A stretch of DNA of 64,000 bases, from the NCBI GenBank assembly GCA_051010635.1, contig JBPCVJ010000001.1:9542-73541 (forward strand), in the 5' to 3' direction. Below the pieces are notes generated by a model. That model did not search any database and was not told the origin of the DNA. It saw only the letters and a list, made by a program, of their open reading frames with translations. Positions 30,733 to 42,173 of this stretch are shown one piece after another. The DNA comes from Alphaproteobacteria bacterium (GTDB taxonomy: Bacteria > Pseudomonadota > Alphaproteobacteria > JASGCL01). Numbering within the stretch: the first letter of the stretch is position 1; the number at the start of each line of letters is the position of its first letter. Both the position numbers and the translations under genes were made by a program.

Positions 30733-31689
30733 ATGTCGATATTAACTATTCTTGATTATCATAATAATATATTAACCCCCACCAGTTTAAGCACTTTAAC
30801 TTGTGCAAAAAAAATTGCTACCTTATCAAAGGGCGATATTGATATTTTGGTGGTGGGCGATGATTTAAAACCTATCACCGAACAATTGGTATCAGCCAGC
30901 GGGGTAAATAAAATTCTTACCGCTAGTGCAGGTCATTTGGCACATCCGATAGCTGAAGATGTTGTGCCAATAGTTTTGGATTTGGCAAAAAATTATCGTT
31001 ATATTATGGCACCAGCCAATAGTTTTGGAAAAAATATCATGCCACGGGTGGCGGCGCTATTAGATATGCAACAGGTTTCTGAAATTACTGGGGTGGTTAA
31101 AGAAAATGTTTTTGAACGACCAATTTATGCGGGCAATGCTTTGGCAACGGTTGAAAGTAGCGATAAGATTATTTGTATGACGGTGCGGGGCACCGCCTTT
31201 GAACCTGATGCATTGTCAGATGGCAAGGTTGCGGTTAGCCCTGTTACCGTGCCTGCTAAAAATGATAAAGTTAATTTTGTTAGATTGGATCAAACCAAAA
31301 GCGAACGACCAGAATTGACTTCGGCAAAAATTGTTATTTCTGGGGGGCGGGGCATGGCGGCAAAAGAAAATTTTGCTTTGCTTGATAAGGTAGCTACATT
31401 GATGAATGCCGCGGTAGGGGCATCACGCGCTGCAGTGGATGCAGGTTATGCCCCTAATGATTATCAGGTGGGGCAAACTGGCAAGGTGGTTGCGCCAGAC
31501 CTTTATATTGCAGTTGGTATTTCTGGAGCCATACAACATTTGGCAGGTATGAAGGATAGTAAAGTTATAGTTGCTATTAATAAAGATGATGAGGCACCAA
31601 TTTTTCAAGTTGCCGATTATGGTTTGGTGGCTGATCTTTTTACTGTTTTACCCGAATTAGAATCTGAATTAAAAAAAATTAAAAAATAA
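30733..31689 (+). CDS. etfA: Electron transfer flavoprotein alpha subunit
   Basis: VISGGRGM, VGASRAAVDAGY, QVGQTGK and YIAVGISGAIQHLAGM. Confidence 0.95.
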   Translation: MSILTILDYHNNILTPTSLSTLTCAKKIATLSKGDIDILVVGDDLKPITEQLVSASGVNKILTASAGHLAHPIAEDVVPIVLDLAKNYRYIMAPANSFGKNIMPRVAALLDMQQVSEITGVVKENVFERPIYAGNALATVESSDKIICMTVRGTAFEPDALSDGKVAVSPVTVPAKNDKVNFVRLDQTKSERPELTSAKIVISGGRGMAAKENFALLDKVATLMNAAVGASRAAVDAGYAPNDYQVGQTGKVVAPDLYIAVGISGAIQHLAGMKDSKVIVAINKDDEAPIFQVADYGLVADLFTVLPELESELKKIKK

Positions 31690-31790
31690 TTTTTTATTTT
31701 TGTTTTAATTCAGCGATGCTAGATTTCATGGTGTATAACCAAATGTTTTTTAAACATTATCTATGACGATGTATAAAAAAATATAATTTT

Positions 31791-32300
31791 CTATTGCAAG
31801 CCACCGAGTTTTTTTATGGTTTGATTTAATAATTGATCATGTGTTTTATCATTTTGTAATTCATCATTAATTGTCTGTTGTGCCTCGATGATGGCTTCGT
31901 TAGCAATCTCCTTTACAATTTGGTCTTTTAATTTTATTCTATCTTGATTAATTCTATTTTCTAATTGCTTTTCTTTTTGTAATAATTTTTTTTGTAATTT
32001 TTCATCGGCATCAAGCAATAATTTTTTAACAGATTCTTGATTGCTTTTTAAAATGTCATCAGCCAATTGACTTGCATCTTGTAATTTTTTGTCGGCATCT
32101 TGATAAAATTTTTCTGCATCTTTTTTTATTTGTTCGGCATCAGCCAATTCTTTTTTAACTTTTTGTATATTATTATCAAGCATATTTATTAAGGCTTGTC
32201 GCCCTTTTACAAAGGCAAGAATAAAAAAAATGATAAATGATACCGCCACCCAAAATGTTGGGTCTTGGGGTAGGGTATCTAAAAATGCTTGTAGCGACAT
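31791..32300 (-). CDS. atpF: F0F1 ATP synthase subunit b
   Basis: 169 aa with an N-terminal TM helix and a long charged coiled coil. It is the last gene of the F0 cluster. Confidence 0.85.
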   Translation of the reverse strand: MSLQAFLDTLPQDPTFWVAVSFIIFFILAFVKGRQALINMLDNNIQKVKKELADAEQIKKDAEKFYQDADKKLQDASQLADDILKSNQESVKKLLLDADEKLQKKLLQKEKQLENRINQDRIKLKDQIVKEIANEAIIEAQQTINDELQNDKTHDQLLNQTIKKLGGLQ

Positions 32301-32306
32301 GATAAT

Positions 32307-32951
32307 CTATGATAAAATTTTTTTAACAATTTCTTTTTTTATATTGGCAATGATATCTGCTTTTTCTTGATTAATATCTGATGTTATTTTTTGTAATAGA
32401 TTGTTTGATTGGGTTATTGCCGTATCAGATTTTTTTTGAAATTTTTTTAACGCCGCCTCTTGTTGATTGGTAATGATGGCGGTGGTTTTGGTAATTTCTG
32501 CACGGGCATTGGTGTGTGCGATGGCTAATTTTTTTTCTAAATCCTGTTCAATTTTTTTACCCCGTTTTAAAAAACCATCGGCGGTATCAATATTATTTTT
32601 AATAACCCGACTGCGTAAATCCAGTCGTTGATTAATTTTGGGTGCAAAAAATTTGCTGATTAAAAAAAAGAAAATACCAAAACTAATAATTAACCAGAAT
32701 AATTGACTGGGAAAGGTGGTTGCTTCAAATTGTGGCAAGCCCTTTATTTCATCTTCAACCTCTGTTATGCCAACTGTGGCATCGGCGGCATGGCTATCGA
32801 TCGGAAAACACCACCCGCTTACAAATAAGCCCAGCATGAGAAGACCACGCCACCATTTTATTGGAGCGGTTTTAAAAAAATTAACACAACCAACCAACAT
32901 GGTCATTTTAATAAATGCTGATGGCAAAAAAATATTTTTTATCTTATCCAT
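32307..32951 (-). CDS. atpF2: F0F1 ATP synthase subunit b' (start uncertain: 32951 or 32906)
   Basis: One TM helix (LFWLIISFGIFFFLISKFF) followed by a charged helix, located between atpE and atpF as in alphaproteobacteria. The longer ORF overlaps atpE, so it was trimmed. Confidence 0.75.
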   Translation of the reverse strand: MDKIKNIFLPSAFIKMTMLVGCVNFFKTAPIKWWRGLLMLGLFVSGWCFPIDSHAADATVGITEVEDEIKGLPQFEATTFPSQLFWLIISFGIFFFLISKFFAPKINQRLDLRSRVIKNNIDTADGFLKRGKKIEQDLEKKLAIAHTNARAEITKTTAIITNQQEAALKKFQKKSDTAITQSNNLLQKITSDINQEKADIIANIKKEIVKKILS

Positions 32952-33168
32952 AAAGAATAAGAAAAGCGATAAGCAAGGCATAGAGGGCAGTTGCCTCAAC
33001 CAATGCAAAGCCGAGCATTGATACGCCAAAAACATGTTGGCGTGCGCCGGGGTTTTTGCCAAGTGCGGTAACCAGAGCAGAAAAGATATTACCAATACCA
33101 ATTCCCACCCCAAATAGTGCAATCACTGCAAGCCCTGCACCAATCATTTTTGCTGCTTCTAGATCCAT
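32944..33168 (-). CDS. atpE: F0F1 ATP synthase subunit c
   Basis: 74-aa hairpin protein with GAGLAVIALFGVGIGIGNIF...GFALVEATALYAL. Confidence 0.95.
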   Translation of the reverse strand: MDLEAAKMIGAGLAVIALFGVGIGIGNIFSALVTALGKNPGARQHVFGVSMLGFALVEATALYALLIAFLILYG

Positions 33169-33206
33169 TTTTTATCTCCTAAAAATTTTTTATTAATAGA
33201 CAAGGG

Positions 33207-33962
33207 TTAATGGTGTATATGTAGCGCATCATTAATATAAAGGCAAGTCAAAAAGCAAAAAACATAGGCTTGTAAAAATGCCACCATAATTTCAAACCCC
33301 ACCAACAGAACATTGACCGTAATGGGCAACAACCCTGCCACGCCAAAAGATATGGCGGCCAAAGGCAAAACAAAACCAGCAAAAATTTTCATCATCGCAT
33401 GCCCCACCATCATATTGGCGAATAATCTAACCGATAGGCTGATAGGGCGTGATAGATAGGAAATGAATTCTATTGGTATCATCAATGGGAACATAAAAGC
33501 TGGTGTGCCCTTTGGTGGTATAAAAAATTTTAAAAATCCCAAGCCATGTTTTGCAAAACCCAAAATTGTTACAAATATAAATATAACCGCCGCCATAACG
33601 AAAGTTACAAAAATATGGCTGGTGAAGGTGAAACTATAAGGCAACAGCCCCAATAAATTTCCCATCAATATAAAAAAGAATAGTGAAAAAATAAAGGGTA
33701 AGTATTTTTTTGCATCATGCCCACTGTTTGATTCTATCATGCCCGCAATAAATTGATATGATTGTTCGATGATGACTTCTAAACGGGTTGGTATCAAATT
33801 ATCAACCGTAAGTTTTTTGCGGGTTGCCAAAAATAATAATAGGCTTGAAGTTCCCAAAGCCAGCATCATGAACAATGCTGAATTGGTAAAGGATATATCT
33901 ACCTCACCAATTTTAATAGGCACGATAGGTTCAATTTTAAATTGATGCAATGGGCTTGCCAT
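33207..33962 (-). CDS. atpB: F0F1 ATP synthase subunit a
   Basis: 251-aa polytopic protein with SLSVRLFANMMVGH, which contains the conserved Arg. Confidence 0.95.
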   Translation of the reverse strand: MASPLHQFKIEPIVPIKIGEVDISFTNSALFMMLALGTSSLLLFLATRKKLTVDNLIPTRLEVIIEQSYQFIAGMIESNSGHDAKKYLPFIFSLFFFILMGNLLGLLPYSFTFTSHIFVTFVMAAVIFIFVTILGFAKHGLGFLKFFIPPKGTPAFMFPLMIPIEFISYLSRPISLSVRLFANMMVGHAMMKIFAGFVLPLAAISFGVAGLLPITVNVLLVGFEIMVAFLQAYVFCFLTCLYINDALHIHH

Positions 33963-33986
33963 GATATTTTTTTTATAATGTTATGT

Positions 33987-36900
33987 TTAATCAATTTGTA
34001 AATTTTTTTCAACCAATAATTTTTGTAAAAAATTGATAATGTGATTTTGCCGTGGTTGCCATAATTTTCGGTCGATAGCTTCTTGAAATTTTTTTGCCAT
34101 ATCATACAGGGCTGGTAAATTATGTTGGCGTAAAAATTCTAATGATGTTTTATCAAGTAAATAATGTTGAAACAAAAGATCAAAATGTTTTGGTGTTACC
34201 GCGGCAGTTGTTGCGGCAAAGGCAAACAGATAATCCACCGTCGCCGCCATTTCAAAACCGCCCTTATAGCCGTGTTGTCTTATTCTTTTTAACCATTTTT
34301 CATTGATGGCACGCCCCCGCAATATTAACCCTATTTCTTCATGCAAACTTCTGATGATGGGTTTTGCGGGATTGCTATGGTCGTTATGGTAATGGGCAAT
34401 TTTTTTTTCAATGCCATGTTTGTTTTGTAAAAAAACGGCGGCATTGAATAAGCCGCCTTGAAATTGATAATAATCATCACTATCCAAAATATCATGCTCA
34501 CGATTATCTTGGTTTTGCATGACAATATCGGTCATGGTTAATTTATCATGAAAGATATTTTTATGACCAATCGAAACCTTGCCTATGGTTTGCCGCTTGC
34601 CGTAGTAGTGGCTGGTCCAATTTAAAAATTGCTGGGCAAGCTGTTGCGATTCTTGCCATGAACCATTGTCAAGCATCTGTTGTAATCCCGTGCCGTAACT
34701 GCCAGGGGCGGGGCCAAAAATTGCCGCACCAGAAATATGTGTGGCGGTGGTTTTATCAATGCCTTGAGAATGGAGTTCGGCAATGGTTTTTTTATAATGC
34801 TCGGCTATCGGATTGTCATTTGCGGGTTCTGGTAAATTGGCAATGGCACGATGGGCTTCATCAAACAAATCTATAAGATGGGGAAAGGCATCACGAAAAA
34901 ACCCTGAGATGCGTAAATTTATCATCACCCGTGGTCGTGCTAATAATGATAGGGGTAAGATGGTAAAACCCAACACCCGCCCCGACGACATATCCCATGT
35001 TGGTTCAACCCCCATGAGCCACAATGCCATAGCAATGGTTTCACCAGCGGTGCGTATTTCGGCAGTGCCCCAAGCTGTTAGGGTGATAGTTTTTGGGTAA
35101 TCACCATGTTCTGATAAATATCTTGCTAGCACCAAATGACCACTGCGTCTTGCTAAATCAAATGCTGCGGTGCTTGGGGTTTTGCGATTATCAATGGTAA
35201 AAAAATTATGACCAGTGGGCAAAAGATCTGGCTGACCACGGCTTGGGGCGCCTGCACCACCGGGTGGCACAAATTTTCCGTCAAGCCCGAGCATAATATT
35301 TTCCACCTCTTTTTTGGGTGATAATAAAATTTTTTTTAATAATAATTTTGCTTGTTTTTCCATAGGTTTTATTTTTGTAGATTTTTTTAATCTAAACAAT
35401 AATGGTTGTAATTTTTTTGCTATTTTTTTATCATAAGGCAAAGCCAATAATAATTCTAACCAGATGATAGATAATTTTTCTATGGCTGATAATTTGTCGC
35501 CGTCGCTAAGGATTTTTTTGGCAAAGGCATTTTCTAATATATGTTTTGTTTTAGAATTTTTTTCTATCGCTATGATGTCGTATATGACATCGGTTAAAGG
35601 CGGTAATGGTGGCGATGGTGGCAGATGGGTTTTTAATCGCATGATATAAAAAATATTTTCGGCAAGATGTTGTTGATCGATTTTTCCACCAAAGATGTGC
35701 AAGCCGCCACGAATTTGCAAATCACGCAAAGCACATAGATGACGGTCAATGGTTGCCAAATGATTGTTTTGGTCGCTTGACCAAGTGGTTTTATCAATCG
35801 CCAATTCCTTGTCCAAATCATTGTGGATTAATTCTTGCCAGATCGAATCAATAATGGTTGCGGTGCGGGTTTCATTTAATTGCCGTGCCTGTTGATATTC
35901 ATCCATCAACCATTCTAATTTTTGTAAGGATGTTGATTGTTCGGCACGCATCATCATCGGTGGTAAATGGGCGATGATGGCACTGCTGGTGCGGCGTTTG
36001 GCTTGGGCGCCTTCGCCTGGGTCGTTAATAATAAATGGATAAAAATAGGGGCAGGATGGCAAAAATGCCCTTGGCAAACAGGGTGAATTTTTTCCACCCA
36101 ATGACCCCAATGATTTTCCTGATAACCATTCCAAATTTCCATGTTTGCCAAAATGAATAAAACTATCTGGTGAAAATTTTTCTACATAAGCATAATGGGC
36201 AATGTAATAATGCGGTGGTGGCAAATGCGGGTCATGTTGCATGGCATCAGGATCAATATCATAACCACGCTGTGGTTGTAATAATAAAAGTATTTTGCCA
36301 AATTTTTCACCCATGATAAGAAAAGATTTTTTGCCATGATGATAAAATTTATCTTTGGTGGGCGATCCCCAGTGGGCGATAATTTTTTTTTGTATGGTTG
36401 GTGATAATTGTGAAAAATAATTTTTATAATCGCTTAGCGATAATGTTAGGCGAATTTTTTTTGTGATGTGATTTTTTTTATCTATTGGGTAATGATTGGT
36501 GATGCCAGCCAGTAAATGTTGAATAATGTTATCGCCAGATAATGTTGGTTTGTATTTTTTTCCCAAGTCATAATTTTTTTTATGCAATGTTTTAAAAAAT
36601 ATCGCTATGGATTTAGGCGTGTCTAATCCCACGCCATTTAATAAGCGACTATCTTTTGTAGGATAATTAGAAGTCATTATTGCCAGCCGTTTATTATGAT
36701 TTTTCATATTTTGTAAGGTAAGATAAGATTTGATGGTCGCCACCAAACATGGCATAGTTTCGCTGGCGGGTTTAAAATTTTTTAATTCGGTTTCTAAAAT
36801 TTTATGATGCGATAGCGATTCCTTAAAACCGATGATGGCATGGTTGATGTTGCCATCTTGCTCGGGCAAAATAATAGATAAAGTGGCATCTTGTGCCGAT

Positions 36901-37814
36901 AAACCTTGTGGATTATTTTGCCATTGTTTTCGCCCAGCCGATGATAATAAAGGTTGCAAAACGGGGCAATCTGTTTGCCATGCATTTTTTTGATTGTTAT
37001 GGCTATGATGAGAAAAATTGAGAAGGCTTAAAATAATTTTTGGTTGGTGATGAGAAAACAGATGATGGATAATTTTTTTTACACTATTATCTTTGCTAGC
37101 GCTGATATAGATAGCTACAGCGGTTATGTTGTCACGCCTTAGGCTTTCAATGATTTTATCTATCACCATCATTTGCCCTGATTGAAAATAGGCACGATAA
37201 AAAAATATCACCACTTTTGGTTTTTCTTTCAGCCAATTTTTAAAATCATAATTTTGGTTTTTGGCATAAAGCCCAGCGGGCAAAATATCCCGAGGTGGTG
37301 GCAATTTTTTATGCCCTGTCAAACCATTTTGTAATAATTCTAAGCTGGTTATGATATTATCAACCCCGCCCTTTTGCCAATAATTTTCTAATAAATTTTG
37401 TATGCGATGATCACCATGACAATAATCAAGAAGCTCGGTATCGTGGATTTGTGGATCGCCATGTAAAAAATAAATTGTAATATTTTTCTGTTGTGCCATT
37501 TTATAAAATTGTTCAACCCCATATAACCAATAATTTTTACCACCCAGCAAACGAATAACGATGGTGGTGGCAAATTGTGCGGTTTTTTCTATGTAATCGT
37601 CTATGGCAAAAGGATGTGTAAGATGGTTAAGGCTGGCGGCACGCATCGCTGGTAATTTTTTACCCAAATGTTTGATTGCCAATGCCAATAATGATAGGTC
37701 GCTATCAGCAAAGGATAAAAAAATCCAATCGGCAGGGGTGTGTTTAATAATGTTTGCACCACTGCCATTGTTGATGGTTTTTTGGTCGCCAACGATAAAA
37801 TGCATTTGTTTCAA
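33987..37814 (-). CDS. cobN: CobN/Mg-chelatase large-subunit family protein (cobaltochelatase CobN-like)
   Basis: 1275 aa with HFGKHGNLEWLSGKS and GLDGKFVPPGGAGAPSRGQPDLLPTGHNFF, both characteristic of CobN/BchH. The ORF is intact. Confidence 0.85.
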   Translation of the reverse strand: MKQMHFIVGDQKTINNGSGANIIKHTPADWIFLSFADSDLSLLALAIKHLGKKLPAMRAASLNHLTHPFAIDDYIEKTAQFATTIVIRLLGGKNYWLYGVEQFYKMAQQKNITIYFLHGDPQIHDTELLDYCHGDHRIQNLLENYWQKGGVDNIITSLELLQNGLTGHKKLPPPRDILPAGLYAKNQNYDFKNWLKEKPKVVIFFYRAYFQSGQMMVIDKIIESLRRDNITAVAIYISASKDNSVKKIIHHLFSHHQPKIILSLLNFSHHSHNNQKNAWQTDCPVLQPLLSSAGRKQWQNNPQGLSAQDATLSIILPEQDGNINHAIIGFKESLSHHKILETELKNFKPASETMPCLVATIKSYLTLQNMKNHNKRLAIMTSNYPTKDSRLLNGVGLDTPKSIAIFFKTLHKKNYDLGKKYKPTLSGDNIIQHLLAGITNHYPIDKKNHITKKIRLTLSLSDYKNYFSQLSPTIQKKIIAHWGSPTKDKFYHHGKKSFLIMGEKFGKILLLLQPQRGYDIDPDAMQHDPHLPPPHYYIAHYAYVEKFSPDSFIHFGKHGNLEWLSGKSLGSLGGKNSPCLPRAFLPSCPYFYPFIINDPGEGAQAKRRTSSAIIAHLPPMMMRAEQSTSLQKLEWLMDEYQQARQLNETRTATIIDSIWQELIHNDLDKELAIDKTTWSSDQNNHLATIDRHLCALRDLQIRGGLHIFGGKIDQQHLAENIFYIMRLKTHLPPSPPLPPLTDVIYDIIAIEKNSKTKHILENAFAKKILSDGDKLSAIEKLSIIWLELLLALPYDKKIAKKLQPLLFRLKKSTKIKPMEKQAKLLLKKILLSPKKEVENIMLGLDGKFVPPGGAGAPSRGQPDLLPTGHNFFTIDNRKTPSTAAFDLARRSGHLVLARYLSEHGDYPKTITLTAWGTAEIRTAGETIAMALWLMGVEPTWDMSSGRVLGFTILPLSLLARPRVMINLRISGFFRDAFPHLIDLFDEAHRAIANLPEPANDNPIAEHYKKTIAELHSQGIDKTTATHISGAAIFGPAPGSYGTGLQQMLDNGSWQESQQLAQQFLNWTSHYYGKRQTIGKVSIGHKNIFHDKLTMTDIVMQNQDNREHDILDSDDYYQFQGGLFNAAVFLQNKHGIEKKIAHYHNDHSNPAKPIIRSLHEEIGLILRGRAINEKWLKRIRQHGYKGGFEMAATVDYLFAFAATTAAVTPKHFDLLFQHYLLDKTSLEFLRQHNLPALYDMAKKFQEAIDRKLWQPRQNHIINFLQKLLVEKNLQID

Positions 37815-37908
37815 CCATACCGCAAAAATGATAACAATAGAAATTATTTTTTTATCATTTAAGCGATGCTAAGTGCTTTCAAAAATATAATTGATATATG
37901 GTATTGAT

Positions 37909-37946
37909 GAAAAAAAATACCCCACCGATGAAAAACATCGGCGGGG
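37909..37946 (-). terminator. Intrinsic terminator after the AGCS symporter gene
   Basis: On the minus strand, ccccgccgatg-ttttt-catcggtgggg is followed by a T-run. Confidence 0.75.
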
Positions 37947-37972
37947 TAAAAAATATTTTTTATTTATGATGA

Positions 37973-39364
37973 TTACATCCGTTTGTTCATATTATCTTTG
38001 GTAACTTTAAATACCAATGGTGATAAAATTAACAAGCCAATGATGTTAGGCAATGCCATCAAACCATTTAAGGTATCAGCGACATTCCAAACAAATGTCG
38101 TATTCTGTACCGAGAAAAACACGATAGCAAGAATAAAGGCAATGCGATATACATAAAGCGATGTAAGACCTTTCGTATTGCGGAATAGATATTGCCAGCA
38201 ACGTTCGCCGTAATAGCTCCAACCGATGATGGTGGTAAAGGCAAACAGCAACAATGCCGCTGTTACCAAATATTTGCCACCCAAGAAAGCCGAATCAAAC
38301 GCATAACCAGTCACAATGGCGGCATCAAGCCCACCTGTGCCAGCATCGTTCAGTTCAGTCCAAGCACCCGAGGTTAAGATAACCAAAGCGGTCATGGAAC
38401 AAACAATGATGGTATCAATGAATGTTCCCATCATAGCAATAACGCCTTGTCTATAAGGGGTGTTATTACTTGAACCATGTGCAATGGCCGCCGAGCCAAG
38501 ACCCGATTCGTTTGAAAAGATCCCTCTGGCAACGCCAAACCGCATGGCTGCAGCAATGGTTGCCCCAGTAAAGCCACCAACCGCGGCAGATGGGGTAAAG
38601 GCATGATAAAAAATCAAGCCAAAAGCTTCGGGGATTCTATCATAATTGATGAATAAGGCAACAACCGCACCCAATAGATAAAGCACTATCATCAGGGGCA
38701 CCAGCGATGCCGCTACCTTTGCAATTCTTTTGATACCACCAAATAGGATATAACCTATGATAACGGCAAAAAAGATACCGACAAACAATGGCGGCACGAA
38801 GTCACCAAATGCATTGACGAGGTTTTTTGACATGGAATTGATTTGCGTGCCATTACCAATGCCAAAGGCGGCAAATGCACCAAAAAAGGCAAACAATGCC
38901 GCCAAAATGCTACCAGTGATGGGAAATTTCTTTCCAACACCATTTTTTAGGTAATACATGGGACCACCAACAAAAAGACCAGTTTTGGCTTTCTCATGGT
39001 AGGTAACCGCACAAACCGCTTCGGCATATTTGGTTGCCATACCGACTAGCGCGATGAGCCACATATAAAACACGGCTCCCGGTCCGCCAAGTACAATGGC
39101 AGTTGCCACCCCGACAATATTACCCGTTCCCACGGTTGCCGACATGGCTGTCATCAAAGCCTTGAAGGGGCTGATGGTTGCTTTATCTTCTTTATGGGAA
39201 GAGGGGTCAGCAAATAATTTGAAGCCCTTTCCTATATTGCGCCAAGTCATAAACTTGATGCCGAAGGTCAAAAACAGACCCGTGCCAGCCAATAAAATTA
39301 GCATCGGGGGTCCCCAAGCGAACCCATTCACGACGCTAACAAAGTTTTCAATTGTTTCTAACAT
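37973..39364 (-). CDS. Alanine/glycine:cation symporter (AGCS family)
   Basis: 463-aa polytopic protein with TVGTGNIVGVATAIVLGGPGAVFYMW and SNESGLGSAAIAH. Confidence 0.9.
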   Translation of the reverse strand: MLETIENFVSVVNGFAWGPPMLILLAGTGLFLTFGIKFMTWRNIGKGFKLFADPSSHKEDKATISPFKALMTAMSATVGTGNIVGVATAIVLGGPGAVFYMWLIALVGMATKYAEAVCAVTYHEKAKTGLFVGGPMYYLKNGVGKKFPITGSILAALFAFFGAFAAFGIGNGTQINSMSKNLVNAFGDFVPPLFVGIFFAVIIGYILFGGIKRIAKVAASLVPLMIVLYLLGAVVALFINYDRIPEAFGLIFYHAFTPSAAVGGFTGATIAAAMRFGVARGIFSNESGLGSAAIAHGSSNNTPYRQGVIAMMGTFIDTIIVCSMTALVILTSGAWTELNDAGTGGLDAAIVTGYAFDSAFLGGKYLVTAALLLFAFTTIIGWSYYGERCWQYLFRNTKGLTSLYVYRIAFILAIVFFSVQNTTFVWNVADTLNGLMALPNIIGLLILSPLVFKVTKDNMNKRM

Positions 39365-39451
39365 TATTACTCTCCTTATTATATTGTTAGTATTATTTTT
39401 TTGTCATTCTAGGCAAATAATAGCCATTTTGCAAATAAATAACATACAAGA

Positions 39452-40861
39452 TTAATGCGAATAATACATATCATATTCAACTGGATGCGGGTTATGCTCC
39501 AACCGATAGACATGGTGCCACAATATATTTGTGTAAGAATCGATAAAGTCTTTTGTAAAAACTTCGCCTTTGGTCAAGAAATCATAGTCTTTAGTCAATG
39601 ATTCTAAAGATTCACGCAAAGAATGGCTGACGGTGGGGATTTTTTTTAATTCTGCATCCGATAGATGATAAAGATCTTTATCGGCAGGGTCGCCAGGGTG
39701 GATTTTATTGGCAATACCATCAAGCCCTGCCATCAAAATGGCAGTGTAGCATAGGTAGGGGTTGGCTAAAGCATCAGGGAAACGAAATTCAACCCTTTTT
39801 GCTTTTAAATTGGCAACATATGGTATGCGACAAGCGGCCGAACGATTGCGTGCCGAATAAGCCATCATAACGGGGGCTTCAAATCCCGGTATCAATCTTT
39901 TGTAGCTGTTGGTCGTAGGGTTGGTAAAGGCATTAAGGGCTTTGGCGTGTTTAATCACCCCACCAGTAAAATACAAAGCCATATCAGATAGGTCGGCATA
40001 GCCACCTTTTTTTACAAAAGTATTTTCACCATTTTTCCACAGCGACACATGTACATGCATACCCGAACCATTATCGCCATGCAGTGGTTTTGGCATAAAG
40101 GTGGCAGTTTTGCCAAATGATTCGGCAACATTCAGCACACCAAATTTATAAATTTGCATATTGTCAGCGGTTGCTACCAAAGTATCAAATTTCATACCCA
40201 ATTCATGTTGCATCGGGGCAACCTCATGGTGATGTTTTTCCATTTGAAGTCCCATTTTTGATAAGGCATCTATCATTTCGGCACGCAAATCTACCCCATG
40301 GTCAATTGGCGGGGTAGGAAAATACCCCCCCTTGGTGCGTGGGCGATGACCCAAATTGCCATCTTCATAATCACGCCAACTATTGCTAGGCAATTCTTCG
40401 CTGTCAAAACTATAGGCGACCAAATTCTGTTCGGTGCTCCATTTGACCGAATCAAATACAAAAAATTCGGCTTCGGGACCAAAATAGGCTGTATCGGCAA
40501 TACCGAGTGATTTAAGATATTCCACCGATTTTTTGGCAATGGAACGCGGGTCACGATTGTAATTTTTATCTGTGGTAGGATCTATAACATCGCAAAACAT
40601 CACCAATTCGGGTTCGGCAGTAAAGGGGTTGATAAAGGCACGATGGGTATCGGGCAATAGCAACATATCGGATTCATTGATGGCTTTCCAGCCTTCGATG
40701 GATGAGCCATCAAACATCAAACCTTCTTCTAGTGTATCTTCGATGCTATTGGCTACTTGGGCAAAATGATGCCATTTGCCACGAGAATCGGTAAAACGAA
40801 AAGAAACATATTTAATATTTTCATCTTTAATTTTTTTTAATATATCCTTGGTTGACGACAT
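39452..40861 (-). CDS. glnA: Glutamine synthetase type I
   Basis: 469 aa with FDGSSIEGW, KPLHGDNGSGMHVH and NPYL. Confidence 0.96.
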   Translation of the reverse strand: MSSTKDILKKIKDENIKYVSFRFTDSRGKWHHFAQVANSIEDTLEEGLMFDGSSIEGWKAINESDMLLLPDTHRAFINPFTAEPELVMFCDVIDPTTDKNYNRDPRSIAKKSVEYLKSLGIADTAYFGPEAEFFVFDSVKWSTEQNLVAYSFDSEELPSNSWRDYEDGNLGHRPRTKGGYFPTPPIDHGVDLRAEMIDALSKMGLQMEKHHHEVAPMQHELGMKFDTLVATADNMQIYKFGVLNVAESFGKTATFMPKPLHGDNGSGMHVHVSLWKNGENTFVKKGGYADLSDMALYFTGGVIKHAKALNAFTNPTTNSYKRLIPGFEAPVMMAYSARNRSAACRIPYVANLKAKRVEFRFPDALANPYLCYTAILMAGLDGIANKIHPGDPADKDLYHLSDAELKKIPTVSHSLRESLESLTKDYDFLTKGEVFTKDFIDSYTNILWHHVYRLEHNPHPVEYDMYYSH

Positions 40862-41018
40862 AATTTTTTTTTCTTTTTTTATTTATATTTTATAAGGGGT
40901 TAAAATTATTGCAAGATTATTATGCCAAGCGAAATGGAATTGCAAGAAAAAAATATCATTTTGGCAAAAAAAAAATTTGCAAAACATAATTATTTTTGAT
41001 TGACAAGCCATAGAATTA

Positions 41019-42138
<1,120 letters not shown>

Positions 42139-42173
42139 AATTGGTTATAGGCGGTATAAAAGATGGCAGGGGA

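Noticed and set aside
32952-33122. The long 271-aa version of the ATP synthase b' ORF
   Set aside because: The extra 57 codons overlap atpE in another frame, so the ORF was trimmed to the ATG at 32951 (or 32906).
33899-34105. A 68-aa ORF between cobN and atpB, considered as a possible AtpI
   Set aside because: The ORF is basic and not hydrophobic, whereas AtpI is a multi-TM protein. It also overlaps both the atpB start and the cobN 3' end, so it is judged spurious.
39365-39451. A glycine riboswitch upstream of the AGCS symporter, and a cobalamin riboswitch upstream of cobN (37815..37908)
   Set aside because: Both intervals are too short and lack the conserved cores (no GGAGAG...CACCG aptamer elements and no B12 box). 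The first holds only an RBS and the second only a terminator.
40909-40929. A sigma-54-like TGGCAT...TTGCA element on the minus strand upstream of glnA
   Set aside because: The GG-to-GC spacing is two nucleotides longer than the -24/-12 consensus allows.
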